64,000 bases of DNA from an uncultured Actinomycetes bacterium (GTDB taxonomy: Bacteria; Actinomycetota; UBA4738; HRBIN12). Of this stretch, positions 30,040 to 39,861 are shown piece by piece. Location of the stretch: positions 83,474 to 147,473 of the forward strand of contig CAWHGC010000002.1 in NCBI GenBank assembly GCA_963828885.1, in the 5' to 3' direction. The notes under the pieces are model-generated. The model did no database searches, had not been told where the DNA came from, and saw nothing but the letters and a program-made list of their open reading frames with translations. The position numbers and the translations under genes were made by a program. Each line of letters starts with the position of its first letter. Position 1 is the stretch's first letter.

Positions 30040-31389
30040 ATGGATGAGCAGCAGATCCGCACCCGCGTGACCGAGATGATGCCCGAGATCATGGCCGACC
30101 TCGAGCGCCTGGTCGCGATCCCCTCGGTGGCGTTCCCCGGCTATCCCCCCGAGCCGGTTCACGAGATGGCGGGCGAGACGCTCCGGTTGTTCGAGGGCGT
30201 CGGATTCACGAACGCGAAGCTGATGGAGGTCCCGACCGGCTATCCGCCCGTGTACGGAGAGATCCCCGGGCCCGACGGGTCCCCCACGGTCATGTTGTAC
30301 GGGCATTACGACGTCCAGCCGGCGCCTCCGGAGCAGGGGTGGACCTCCGACCCGTGGACACCGACCCACAAGGACGGCCGGATGTTCGGGCGAGGCGCCG
30401 CCGACGACAAGGGCGGCCTCGCGATCCACATCGGCACGATGAAGGTCTTCGACGGACAGCCTCCCTGCACCGTGAAGCTGATCCTCGAGGGCATGGAGGA
30501 GACGAACAGCAACCTGGAGGCGTTCGTCGAGGCGAATCCGGACCTCTTCGCGTGCGACGTGTTCATCGTCTGTGACATGGGCAACCTCCGGGCGGGTGAG
30601 CCGACGCTCACGACCACGCTGCGCGGCGACGTCGCCTGCGTCGTGACCCTCCGCACCCTGCAGCATCCGTTGCACTCCGGGCTGTTCGGCGGGCCCGCCC
30701 CGGACGCCATGATGGCGATGGCCGAACTGCTCGCGACCCTGCACGACGACGAGGGGAACGTCACCGTCGAGGGGGTATCCCGCTACGACTGGGACGGCCT
30801 CGACTTCACGGAGAAGGACTTCCGCGCCGCGGCGGACCTGGCCGACGGCGTCGAGCTGACCACCGGATCCGGCTTGGTGAGCACCCGCCTGTGGTCATCG
30901 CCCTCCGTCTCCGCGATCGGCCTGGACATGACGTCGATCGACGGTTCGTCGAACGTCCTGATCCCCGAGGTCAAGGCGAAGCTCTCGATGCGGATCGTTC
31001 CCGGGTCCGATCCGGTCAAGGAGCTGGACGCGCTGGTGCGCCACCTCGAGGCCCACATCCCCTGGGGCGCCCAGCTCACCATCGAGCGGACGAAGGAGGC
31101 GCCCCCGTTCCGGTGCGAGACCGGCGGGCCCGGGTACGCCGCCGCGCGGGTCGCGCTGGAGGCCGCCTATGGTCGTCCCGCCGGTGAGGCCGGTTCGGGT
31201 GGCTCGATCCCCCTCCTGCGGACGTTGCAGCAGGCCGCGCCGAACGCCGAATTCATCCTGTGGGGACCAGAGGACACCGCCCTCGCTCGGATCCACGCCT
31301 CGGACGAGAGCGTGGACCCCTCGGAGATCGAGCACATGATCCTGGCACAGGCGTTCCTGCTGCAACGCCTCGCCGAGCCGGCCGACTAG
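30040..31389 (+). CDS. M20 family dipeptidase
   Basis: YGHYDVQP, GRGAADDKG, EGMEE, HSGLFGG, GGSIP, IHASDE. Confidence 0.9.
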   Translation: MDEQQIRTRVTEMMPEIMADLERLVAIPSVAFPGYPPEPVHEMAGETLRLFEGVGFTNAKLMEVPTGYPPVYGEIPGPDGSPTVMLYGHYDVQPAPPEQGWTSDPWTPTHKDGRMFGRGAADDKGGLAIHIGTMKVFDGQPPCTVKLILEGMEETNSNLEAFVEANPDLFACDVFIVCDMGNLRAGEPTLTTTLRGDVACVVTLRTLQHPLHSGLFGGPAPDAMMAMAELLATLHDDEGNVTVEGVSRYDWDGLDFTEKDFRAAADLADGVELTTGSGLVSTRLWSSPSVSAIGLDMTSIDGSSNVLIPEVKAKLSMRIVPGSDPVKELDALVRHLEAHIPWGAQLTIERTKEAPPFRCETGGPGYAAARVALEAAYGRPAGEAGSGGSIPLLRTLQQAAPNAEFILWGPEDTALARIHASDESVDPSEIEHMILAQAFLLQRLAEPAD

Positions 31390-31413
31390 GGCCGGAAGGA
31401 GGGAGGTGCGGGT

Positions 31414-32121
31414 GTGCTGGCCACCTCTGTGGTCCACCCGCCGTTGTGGATCGAGTTGCCGGCGATCATCGCCGGCGCCCTGGCCGGAGCGCTGTTCGGG
31501 CAGCGGCGAGGACTCGACGCGATCGGCATCCTCGCACTGGCGCTCGTGAACGGACTGGGCGGCGGCATCATCCGCGACGTGCTCCTTGCTCGCGTACCGA
31601 CCGCGCTCGAGGAGCCGAGATACCTGGGTGCCGTCGTCCTCGCCTCGATCGTCGGCGCGTTCTTCGCGGAAGCCATGAACCACATGCGCTCCGCGATCGG
31701 GGCGATCGACGCCATCGCGCTCGGGCTCTTCAGCGTGATCGGCGCACAGAGCGCACTCGCCGCCGATCTGCCGGTCTCCTCGGCGATCATGCTGGGAACC
31801 ATCACCGGCATCGGCGGGGGTGTGCTCCGTGACATCCTCGTCGGAGAGGTGCCGCCGAGGACGCTCCGACGGGGCGCCCCGTATGCCTCCGCGTCGCTCG
31901 TGGGCTCGGCCTTGTACGTCGGCCTGGTTTCGGGCTTGGGGGTCGCGAGGGTCGTGGCGCAGCTCGCCACGGTGGGATTGGTCTGCCTGATCCGGGGAGT
32001 CTCCGTCTGGCGGGGCTGGGAGACGCACGGCACGTCCGACCTCACCCCGGGGTTCCTGCGCCGCGATCCCACGACCGGGGCTGACCCATCGGATACCGAC
32101 AACGGACCGGAAGAGGTATGA
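31414..32121 (+). CDS. TRIC/UPF0126 (YadS-like) membrane protein
   Basis: Duplicated GxGGGxxRD motifs (GLGGGIIRDVL and GIGGGVLRDIL), DAIALG. Confidence 0.85.
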   Translation: MLATSVVHPPLWIELPAIIAGALAGALFGQRRGLDAIGILALALVNGLGGGIIRDVLLARVPTALEEPRYLGAVVLASIVGAFFAEAMNHMRSAIGAIDAIALGLFSVIGAQSALAADLPVSSAIMLGTITGIGGGVLRDILVGEVPPRTLRRGAPYASASLVGSALYVGLVSGLGVARVVAQLATVGLVCLIRGVSVWRGWETHGTSDLTPGFLRRDPTTGADPSDTDNGPEEV

Positions 32122-32177
32122 GCACCCATCGGGGCCGACGCTCCGCCCACCGAAACCGACGACGAGGGAGTTCGATC

Positions 32178-32861
32178 ATGAGGACGAAGATCTGGATCAT
32201 CGCGGTCGTGGTTCCGCTGGCGTTCGCGGTCGCGTGCAACGGGCAGGTCGGGGACGCGATCTCGAGTGCGTCCGGGACGGAACGTCCCACGGTCAGCCGG
32301 TCGATCTCGGTGCCGACGGAGGCTCCCTCGGTACAGCCGACGGAGGCGCCGACCGAAGTGCCGACTCCGGTCAAGTCCGCAGCGGGGGGAAAGAAGAACA
32401 AGTCCGACGATTCGTCAACGGCGCTGTGGTGGCTGCTCGCCATCCTCGTCATCGCGGCGATCGCGGTGTGGCTGATCGCGCGACGCCGCCGTCCGTCGGC
32501 CACGCTGCAGGACGCATACGTCGCGACCGCCGCCGCTCGCGATCGGTTGGCCCTGGAGGCATCGGCCCCGTCCGCCACCCCCGGTGGGGCGGAGGTGCTC
32601 CTCGATCAGGCCGACCAGAAGCTCCGCGCGGCCCAGGTCTCCGCGGCGGATCAGGGCAGCCGCGCGGCGGTGGATCACGCGCTCGCCGCGCTGCTCGAGG
32701 CCCGCGAGGCACTGGCGCTGCGCGCGACGGCTTCCGGAGCGGCCCACGCCAACGAGACAGACATCGAAGCGCGACTGCTGCGGTCGCTCGCCGGCCTGGA
32801 TGCCGCCCTCGGCGCGCTCCGCACCGCGTCGGGAGGTGCGGCACCGACGACCGGCTTCTAG
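32178..32861 (+). CDS. Hypothetical membrane/lipoprotein with a PTE-rich linker
   Basis: RBS GAGGGAG, signal ending AVAC, PTEAP repeats, TM WWLLAILVIAAIAVWLI followed by RRRR. Confidence 0.65.
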   Translation: MRTKIWIIAVVVPLAFAVACNGQVGDAISSASGTERPTVSRSISVPTEAPSVQPTEAPTEVPTPVKSAAGGKKNKSDDSSTALWWLLAILVIAAIAVWLIARRRRPSATLQDAYVATAAARDRLALEASAPSATPGGAEVLLDQADQKLRAAQVSAADQGSRAAVDHALAALLEAREALALRATASGAAHANETDIEARLLRSLAGLDAALGALRTASGGAAPTTGF

Positions 32862-32877
32862 ATGATCCGCCGAATGG

Positions 32878-33288
32878 CTAGGCACGGAGCCGAGACGTTG
32901 AACAGCATTCAGGAACGGTGCTACCGTGCTGGCGGGTCGAGCGGGGGGACTCCCCTTGGACCCTTCCCACGACGCCCCTCCCCGCGAGGGACGTTGTGCG
33001 TGGAGGGCCGGCCGGGTCGCGCGCCGCTCGTGCCGACGGCAAGCTCCGCGTCCGCTCGGTGCGCCGCCGGGCCGCCTCGTAGCGGATCGGGCCGGCGATC
33101 TCCGGGTAGCTCAGGCCCTGGTGGCGCTTCACACGCTCGCCGTTCAGGAGCAGCGCCCGCACCTCGACGTCGGCGACCACCGGCTGCACCTGCTGCAGGA
33201 ATCCCTCCACCTCCTCGCGAGAGGGGGGCGGAGCCTCGTCGAACGTGACCTCGAGCGTCCCCATCTGCTCGTGGAGCTCCCAACGCAT
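32878..33288 (-). CDS. Hypothetical protein (3' end uncertain)
   Basis: MRWELHEQMGTLEVTFDEAPPP...; the first ~70 codons look coding and the remainder does not. Confidence 0.35.
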   Translation of the reverse strand: MRWELHEQMGTLEVTFDEAPPPSREEVEGFLQQVQPVVADVEVRALLLNGERVKRHQGLSYPEIAGPIRYEAARRRTERTRSLPSARAARDPAGPPRTTSLAGRGVVGRVQGESPRSTRQHGSTVPECCSTSRLRA

Positions 33289-33355
33289 GCGCCCGCCGTA
33301 TCCCGGGAGCGCGGGCTCCAAACATCCGCCCCGGGATTTGTCACACTGATGCCCC

Positions 33356-34651
33356 ATGCGAACCAAAGCATCCCTCCTCATCGCCGCGGCAGCCTGCGCG
33401 CTGATCGCCCTCTCCGCCGGCCCCGCCCACGCGACGCCGGGCGATCTCGACCGGACGTTCGGCGACCGTGGCAAGGTGATCACCAACATCAGCAGGGGCA
33501 ACGACGGCGCGAGCGACGTGGCGATCCAGGCGAACGGCAAGATCGTCGCTGTGGGCCGCGCTGCCACCCGCAACTACTACGGGAAGTTCGCGGTCGCTCG
33601 GTACCGGACGAACGGGCACCTCGACCCTACGTTCAGCGGCGACGGTGTCGTGACGACCAACTTCGCCACGCGGCAGGACGCGGCCTCAGCCGTGGCCATC
33701 CAGGCCGACGGGAGGATCGTGGTGGCCGGCTCCGGCTCGGTCACGACGCGCAACGGTTACGTGGCGCTGGCCCGTTACAACGCAGACGGGACCCTCGACG
33801 ACACCTTCGGAGACGGCGGCATGGTGCGGGCGGATCCCACGACCGGCGACGACTACGCCGGCGACGTGGCCATCCAGGCCGACGGGCAGATCGTGGTGGC
33901 GGGGACGATCGGGGCCGGGAAGTTCGCCGTCCTGCGCTTCGACCCCGACGGGACCCCCGACGCCACCTTCAGCGGCGACGGCGTCGTGAAGTCCGACATC
34001 GCTCCCGGATACGACTCGGCGAGCGCGGTGGCCCTCGACGCAGATGGGAACATCGTCGTCGCCGGCACCTCGGGCGACGGCTCCTTCGCAGCGGTCCGGT
34101 ACACGTCCGACGGTACGCCGGACGTGACCTTCGACGGCGACGGCGTCGTCACGACCGACCTGACGGAGGGATACGACTCGGCGAACTCGGTGGCGGTCGA
34201 CGCCGACGGCAACGTCCTGCTGGCGGGGGAGGCGGGCTTCTGCTGCGAGTACACCGGCAGCTTCGGCCTGGTCCGCTACGAGACCGACGGCGCGCTGGAC
34301 CCCACCTTCGGCGGTGGCGACGGCATCGTCGTCACGAACTTCACGCGCACCGACGATGCGGCCCGGGACGTGGCGATCCAGGCGAACGGGAAGATCGTCG
34401 CCGTCGGTACGGGGGGCTTCAACGGCGCCCACTCGAGGTTCGCCCTCGCGCGGTACACGTCGGACGGCGTCCTCGATCCGACGTTCGGTGGCACCGGCAG
34501 GGTCGTGACCGCATTCAGCAAGGGGTTCGACTCAGCCAGCTCGGTCGCGATCCAAGCCGACGGCAAGATCGTCGCGGCCGGAGTGACCTACCCGGACCCC
34601 GACGGGCTCGACGGGCTGTTCGCCATCGCCCGATACGGCGGCGCGGGGTAA
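33356..34651 (+). CDS. Secreted delta-60-repeat beta-propeller protein
   Basis: Signal peptide, then about seven repeats of VAIQADGKIVVAG...ARY..DG.LD.TF.GDG. Confidence 0.9.
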   Translation: MRTKASLLIAAAACALIALSAGPAHATPGDLDRTFGDRGKVITNISRGNDGASDVAIQANGKIVAVGRAATRNYYGKFAVARYRTNGHLDPTFSGDGVVTTNFATRQDAASAVAIQADGRIVVAGSGSVTTRNGYVALARYNADGTLDDTFGDGGMVRADPTTGDDYAGDVAIQADGQIVVAGTIGAGKFAVLRFDPDGTPDATFSGDGVVKSDIAPGYDSASAVALDADGNIVVAGTSGDGSFAAVRYTSDGTPDVTFDGDGVVTTDLTEGYDSANSVAVDADGNVLLAGEAGFCCEYTGSFGLVRYETDGALDPTFGGGDGIVVTNFTRTDDAARDVAIQANGKIVAVGTGGFNGAHSRFALARYTSDGVLDPTFGGTGRVVTAFSKGFDSASSVAIQADGKIVAAGVTYPDPDGLDGLFAIARYGGAG

Positions 34652-34658
34652 GCCGGAG

Positions 34659-35390
34659 CTAGCCGCCGGTCAGCGAGAAGTGCATGTAGTCCTTGAGGGA
34701 GTGCCAGTCGCCGCCCCACGACCACCCGATCCGCGCGAACGACCTGACGACCAGATCTCCCGGATGGATCATGCCCGGGAGGTCCTGCGACCGGTCCAGG
34801 TACGGCTTCGCCGCGCGGCGTAACACCGTGCCGTCGCCGTTCACGTACGGGTTCTCCAACGGGTTGACGTCGACGGCCCACCCGTAGGAGTGCTGCGACA
34901 GGGTCGTGCCGTTCGTGACGGGCCGGCAGTTGAACGAGGCCGTGCGATCGGATGTGTCATCCCAGTCGCTCGGCCGCGTGGGATGCCATCGGTGCGCGAG
35001 GGCCACGTCCCGGATGGGGAAGTCGTGGCGGAACAGCCGGCGGAAGACCCACAGCACATCGCCGGCGACGCGTTCGTTCAAGACCAGCGGGCCCGCGTGG
35101 ACCTCGCCGTCGAACCCGTGATACCGGACCGTGACGACGCGCAGGTCACGCAGCGGCACCGGGCAGCCGCGGTGCCAGGTGCGCCCGACGAGGTCCGCGC
35201 GGAGCTCGGGGCTCAGCCGGTCCACGCTCCAGTTGGGGATCGAGGTGGCAGACGTGGTCGTCGGGACCGGGCTCCTGATGGGTTCCATCATGGTCGTCGT
35301 CGGATGCGCCCGTGGACCGGCGGACGAGCATGCGCCGAGCAGGAGGACGGTCACCGCGAGCGGTCGGATCCCATGCATCGATCTCATCAT
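34659..35390 (-). CDS. M15 family D-Ala-D-Ala metallopeptidase (lipoprotein)
   Basis: Lipobox LLGAC, TASFNCR, SQHSYGWAVDVNP, WGGDW..KDYMHF. Confidence 0.88.
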   Translation of the reverse strand: MMRSMHGIRPLAVTVLLLGACSSAGPRAHPTTTMMEPIRSPVPTTTSATSIPNWSVDRLSPELRADLVGRTWHRGCPVPLRDLRVVTVRYHGFDGEVHAGPLVLNERVAGDVLWVFRRLFRHDFPIRDVALAHRWHPTRPSDWDDTSDRTASFNCRPVTNGTTLSQHSYGWAVDVNPLENPYVNGDGTVLRRAAKPYLDRSQDLPGMIHPGDLVVRSFARIGWSWGGDWHSLKDYMHFSLTGG

Positions 35391-35432
35391 GCATGAGGAC
35401 CCCGCCGTGCAGCGGTCCGTTCCGACGACCGG

Positions 35433-36743
35433 CTAGGCCTTCACGTTCGCGAGGCCCAGGCGCTCGGAGCCGACGCCCGGGAAGATCGTGCCGACCGAGT
35501 TCGCTCGGCAGCGCTTCTCGAGCACCTCGGCAAGCACCCAGCGATAGTCGTTCACGCCGTTCACGTCGCCGTCCACCAGATCGTCCTCGGCCAGTCCCGG
35601 CCACGTGCCGTGGACCTGACCGCCCTTGAGTCCACCGCCCAGCAGCAGCACCGCCTGGCCGAACCCGTGGTCGACGCCGCCCGAGCCGTTCTCCTCGACC
35701 CGGCGTCCGAACTCCGTCAGGGTCACGACCGAGACGTCGTCCATCCCGCCGCCCAGGTCGGTCGCGAACGCGGCGAGCGCGCCCGACAGCTCGGTGAGAT
35801 GGTCGAACATCCATCCCGCGTCGGCCGAGCCCATGTCCGAGTGCATATCCCAGTCGCCGTAGTCGACGGCCGCCACTTGGAGCCCGACATCGGCCTTGAT
35901 CAGCCGTGCGACATCCTGCAGCGCGTCGCCGAGGCCCGAGTCCGCCGGGTACACCGCGCCGTGGTCCGGCGTGTAGCCGGCCGCCTGCAGCGACGCCGTC
36001 GTCTGCAGCGCGTCGAGCGTCGTCGAGGTCGGGGCCGCGAGGACCTCGGGCGCCTCGGCGTGCAGCGCCCGCAGCGCCGTGTCCCACCGAGCTCGCTCGG
36101 CGTCGTCGCCGGCCGCGTCCAGGCCGAACGAGTCGACCGACCACATCGCGAGTTCCTGCGAGTCGTTCCCGAGGAAGGCCGAGGCCGCGAGGTTCGATCC
36201 CATCTGCACGCCTTGGAAGGCGGTGCCGGTGTCGCGAAGGCCGAGCACGCGGTCGATCCATCCGGTGCGCACCGAGGTACCCGGCGCCGCGCGCTCCATC
36301 TCCTCCATGGCCTGGAAGTGCGAACGGTTCGGTTGTGCCATCCCGACCGCGTGCACGACGCCGAAGCTGCCGGCCTCCCAGAACGGCTGGAGCGGGGCCA
36401 TCGCGGGATGCATCCCGAACGTCGCGTCGAGCTGATAGAGCCCCGGGTGGTTCACCGGGATGCCGATGTTCGGTCGCCACAACGGGTAGTCGGGGTCGGC
36501 GACCGGCACGATCGCGTTCAGCCCGTCGAAGCCGCCGCGCAGCGACAGGATGACCAGCACGTCGCCGTCGTAGGGCGGGCCGGCGAACGCGAGGCGGGTG
36601 AACATCCCCTGCGAGGCGATGCCGGCGACGAGCCCGGCCCCCGCCGTCCGCTTCAGGAACGACCGCCTCGAGATCGCGCTCTGCAGCTCGGGACAGCCGC
36701 AGGGCTTGGTCCTCGCGACGGCCGGCACGGTCCGCTTCGACAT
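35433..36743 (-). CDS. DUF1501 domain protein, Tat-exported
   Basis: SRRSFLK Tat motif, LRGGFDGL, RSHF, WDMH, TEFGRRVEENGSGGVDHG. Confidence 0.9.
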   Translation of the reverse strand: MSKRTVPAVARTKPCGCPELQSAISRRSFLKRTAGAGLVAGIASQGMFTRLAFAGPPYDGDVLVILSLRGGFDGLNAIVPVADPDYPLWRPNIGIPVNHPGLYQLDATFGMHPAMAPLQPFWEAGSFGVVHAVGMAQPNRSHFQAMEEMERAAPGTSVRTGWIDRVLGLRDTGTAFQGVQMGSNLAASAFLGNDSQELAMWSVDSFGLDAAGDDAERARWDTALRALHAEAPEVLAAPTSTTLDALQTTASLQAAGYTPDHGAVYPADSGLGDALQDVARLIKADVGLQVAAVDYGDWDMHSDMGSADAGWMFDHLTELSGALAAFATDLGGGMDDVSVVTLTEFGRRVEENGSGGVDHGFGQAVLLLGGGLKGGQVHGTWPGLAEDDLVDGDVNGVNDYRWVLAEVLEKRCRANSVGTIFPGVGSERLGLANVKA

Positions 36744-36748
36744 GGCGC

Positions 36749-38314
36749 TCACCTCACCTCGTGATAGGGCGAGTCGAGGATCAGGGCCACCAGGTACGGC
36801 AGCCGCCAGCCCATCGCCTCGCTGTCGCGGTTGACGGGATCGGACGGGAGCTTCCCGAGGAAGCCCACGACGGCCGCGCGATGCGCGGTCGACAACGTTC
36901 GGAAGACCAATCGCTTGGCGAGGAGGTCGACGAGCTCGCCGTGTGTCTTGGGGTTGACGGTGCCGAGGAGGTTCCGGAGCGGCGGCAGGACCAGCGAGTC
37001 CGGCCACCAGTGAGCGGCCAGCGACATGTGCATGTTCCAGCGGCCGAGCGTGCCGCCCGCCGAGCGCCACGAGGCCGCGTCGTCGGGGTAGCCGTTCGGC
37101 GGCGACCACGCCATCGGCGCCTGCGCGAGGTCCCCGATCATCCAGTAGAGGCCCTGGATCCCGTCGGTGCCGCTGGGGTCGGCCTTCACGCCCAGGATCC
37201 GCAGGGTCGCCACGGTGTCCTCCATGGGCCGGCGGATCTTCGCCCCGAGCGAGGCCGCGAACTCCGGAGAGCGGAACAGCTTGCGCAGCACCGGGACGAC
37301 TGCCGTGTCGGCCGCGAGGTACGCGGCGGCGAGCTTGTCGACGAGCGTCTGCGGCGGATCATCGGCGACGAACCGCTGACAGAGCTTGCGCGCGATCCGC
37401 TGTGCGGTCGAGGGATGATGGGCCAGGTAGCTCAGGTACGACAGGCCCACGTCGTAGCCCCGGGAGGCCCGGTTGTTCGCTGCACTCCAGCCCATCACCT
37501 CCACGGGGCCCGTGTAGTGGGCCCAGGGCGAGTAGACGAAGTGGCCGTTGTCCCAATCCATCCCGAAGCCCGTCATGACGAGCGTCGACTGGCGCATGTC
37601 CTCCTCGGAGTAGCCGGCGTCCACCCCGACCGTGTGGAGCTCCAGGAGCTCGCGCCCGTAGTTCTCGTTCGGGTTGTCCTTGGTCGACTCGGCGTTGTTG
37701 AGGTACAGCATCATCGCCGGGTGGGTGGCGGAGGCGACCAGCATGTCGTGGAACCGGCCCATCGCGTGCTTGCGGATCACCCGCTTGTCGTAGTCGTGGC
37801 GGCCCCACCAGCCGCCGTCGAACGGGTTCGTGACGTTGAGGTGATTGGACCAGAAGTCCACCATCACCTCGAGGAGCTGCCGCTTGCTCCAGGCGGCGCG
37901 CGCGATGGCGGCCTGGCCGAGCTCCATCATCAGGCTCCAGTCGCCGTCGAGGTTGTTCCACGCCTGGTCGAGCGTCCACGACAGGTGCGGGTACCGGTCG
38001 GCGATCAGCGCCTCGCACGCCGAGTCGTCGATCGAGGCCGGCGCGAGCTGCTTGTCGAGCCAGGCGTTGCGTCCCATCGACCTCGCCTGCTTCAGCAGGC
38101 CCGGCGTCGCGCCGTAGGTCGCGCGGCGCAGCAGATGGAGGTCGAGGTCCGCGGGGACGTACGCGGTGGGCTCGCCGCCGGCGATCGCCGGCACGGGGCC
38201 GAGCAGGGTCGACAACGCGGTGCCACCCACTGCGACGCCGGCGCCCAGCGCGGCGGTACGCAGCACCCGGCGCCGGGACAGCGTGGACGCGGCAGCGCCG
38301 GACGGATCGGGCAT
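36749..38314 (-). CDS. DUF1800 domain protein, Tat-exported
   Basis: SRRRVL Tat motif, HLLRRATYG, FWSNHL, MMLYLNN, NENYGRELLELHT, PPNGY. Confidence 0.9.
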   Translation of the reverse strand: MPDPSGAAASTLSRRRVLRTAALGAGVAVGGTALSTLLGPVPAIAGGEPTAYVPADLDLHLLRRATYGATPGLLKQARSMGRNAWLDKQLAPASIDDSACEALIADRYPHLSWTLDQAWNNLDGDWSLMMELGQAAIARAAWSKRQLLEVMVDFWSNHLNVTNPFDGGWWGRHDYDKRVIRKHAMGRFHDMLVASATHPAMMLYLNNAESTKDNPNENYGRELLELHTVGVDAGYSEEDMRQSTLVMTGFGMDWDNGHFVYSPWAHYTGPVEVMGWSAANNRASRGYDVGLSYLSYLAHHPSTAQRIARKLCQRFVADDPPQTLVDKLAAAYLAADTAVVPVLRKLFRSPEFAASLGAKIRRPMEDTVATLRILGVKADPSGTDGIQGLYWMIGDLAQAPMAWSPPNGYPDDAASWRSAGGTLGRWNMHMSLAAHWWPDSLVLPPLRNLLGTVNPKTHGELVDLLAKRLVFRTLSTAHRAAVVGFLGKLPSDPVNRDSEAMGWRLPYLVALILDSPYHEVR

Positions 38315-38423
38315 CGGTCGAACTCCCCCTCGAAGCTGGCTCCTCGATACCGCACGGGTATCGGCAGAACGGGGGATGAAACTTGACGCGAGCGGGGGAG
38401 GAGCGGGCGCTCGGCGACGGCGG

Positions 38424-39746
38424 CTACGTCTGGTCGACGCAGGTGCCGTAGTCGATGTCGCAGAGCTTCACGCCGCCGTAGCCGAAGTTGGCACCGCCGC
38501 CCGGCTCATCCCCGCCCAGCGTGGAGCCGTTCCACCTGAGCACCAGGCAGTGCGCGCTCGAGTTCGGAGCCGGCATCCCGCCGCAGTCGGTCTCCGGGAT
38601 CGTGAAGGGGAAGATGATGCGATTGGGAGTGCGGGTACCGGTCCACGTGAAGTTGCTCGTGACCGGGTCGACGTGATGGTTACTCACGTTCCCCGGCCTG
38701 ACCTGCACGTTCGCGTCCGTTCCGATGAACGTCGCGTTCGACGGGATCGCGCACGGGGTCGCCCCGAGCGCCATGAGGTTCAACGGTGCGGTGACGCCGG
38801 CCGGCAGGTTGAGCGTGCATGAGAGCGGCGCCGTGTTCTGCACGGTCAGGACGTTGTGGATCTCCATCTGAGCGAATCCGATCACGTTGTACTTCGGCAT
38901 CGGCGTTCCGAGCTGCTGCGGCTGCCCGTCGGCCGGTGAGACGCCCACGATCGGGAAGGTTCGGATCTGCCCGATCAGCTGCCGCACGGCCTCCCACACG
39001 TGCGGCTCGGAATGGTTGCCGCTCCGCGTGCACGTCCAGGTCGCGTAGGGGTAGTTGAGGTGGAGCACGTCGACGGGCCGGCTTCCGTCGATCCAGCTCT
39101 CGAGGGTGTTGTCGCCACCGGAGTTGGGGCAGCTCATCCCGGACGGGACGTTCCAGCCGTCCTCGACGTCCAGGAATCCGAAGTTGCCCTGTCCGGACAG
39201 GTTGTTGTCCTCCCAGATGTAGCAGAGCGTCCCGACGGGAACCGTCGGGACGTCGCAATGATGCCCCTGAAAGAAGCCGGTGTAGATGACGAGGGGGATC
39301 ACGGAGGCCGCACCGGTCGGTCCCCACGAGGCGGTGGCCTCGGTGCCGACCTGGCCCACCCGCGCCTGTCCGAGCACAGGGGCGAAGAACAGTCCCTCTT
39401 GCTGTTGGTAGCTCACGGTCACGTGGCCGGGATCGCCGGTGTCGCAGTTGACCGTCTGCGACGGGACGATCCCGCCGTCCGATGCCGTCAGCCCGCCGGA
39501 GTTGTCGACTGCGTACGCATCGGCCTCGGCCTCGGGGACGTCGGTGTCGTCCAGTGTGAAGCAGCTGCGCGCGGCGGAGAGCGCCGCCGCATCGGAGCTG
39601 TTCACCATGGCCCGGCGCCGCAGCAGCAACGATCCCACGTCGACGGTGAGCGCCACCATCGCCATCACGGCGACCAGGCAGATGGCGACCAGCACCGCGA
39701 CGGCGCCGCTGTCATCCCTGGCCGATCCGTTGCGCCACCGGGGGAT
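38424..39746 (-). CDS. TadG-like pilus-assembly (Tad domain) protein
   Basis: DDSGAVAVLVA...VDVGSLLLRRRAMVNSSDAAALSAA and a Cys-rich extracellular domain. The start is discussed in findings. Confidence 0.8.
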   Translation of the reverse strand: MPRWRNGSARDDSGAVAVLVAICLVAVMAMVALTVDVGSLLLRRRAMVNSSDAAALSAARSCFTLDDTDVPEAEADAYAVDNSGGLTASDGGIVPSQTVNCDTGDPGHVTVSYQQQEGLFFAPVLGQARVGQVGTEATASWGPTGAASVIPLVIYTGFFQGHHCDVPTVPVGTLCYIWEDNNLSGQGNFGFLDVEDGWNVPSGMSCPNSGGDNTLESWIDGSRPVDVLHLNYPYATWTCTRSGNHSEPHVWEAVRQLIGQIRTFPIVGVSPADGQPQQLGTPMPKYNVIGFAQMEIHNVLTVQNTAPLSCTLNLPAGVTAPLNLMALGATPCAIPSNATFIGTDANVQVRPGNVSNHHVDPVTSNFTWTGTRTPNRIIFPFTIPETDCGGMPAPNSSAHCLVLRWNGSTLGGDEPGGGANFGYGGVKLCDIDYGTCVDQT

Positions 39747-39861
39747 GGGGACCCCTCCTTCGTGACCGTATGGGGGCCACCGATCGTCCTACGGCGATGA
39801 GCGCGGCGCACGGGCAAAACTGCGCGCCACCGCACCACGAAAGATTGCGTGGTCGGCGGCG

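Noticed and set aside
33420-34640. Regularly spaced DNA repeats as a CRISPR array
   Set aside because: The repeats are degenerate, in frame and encode delta-60 protein repeats; there are no cas genes.
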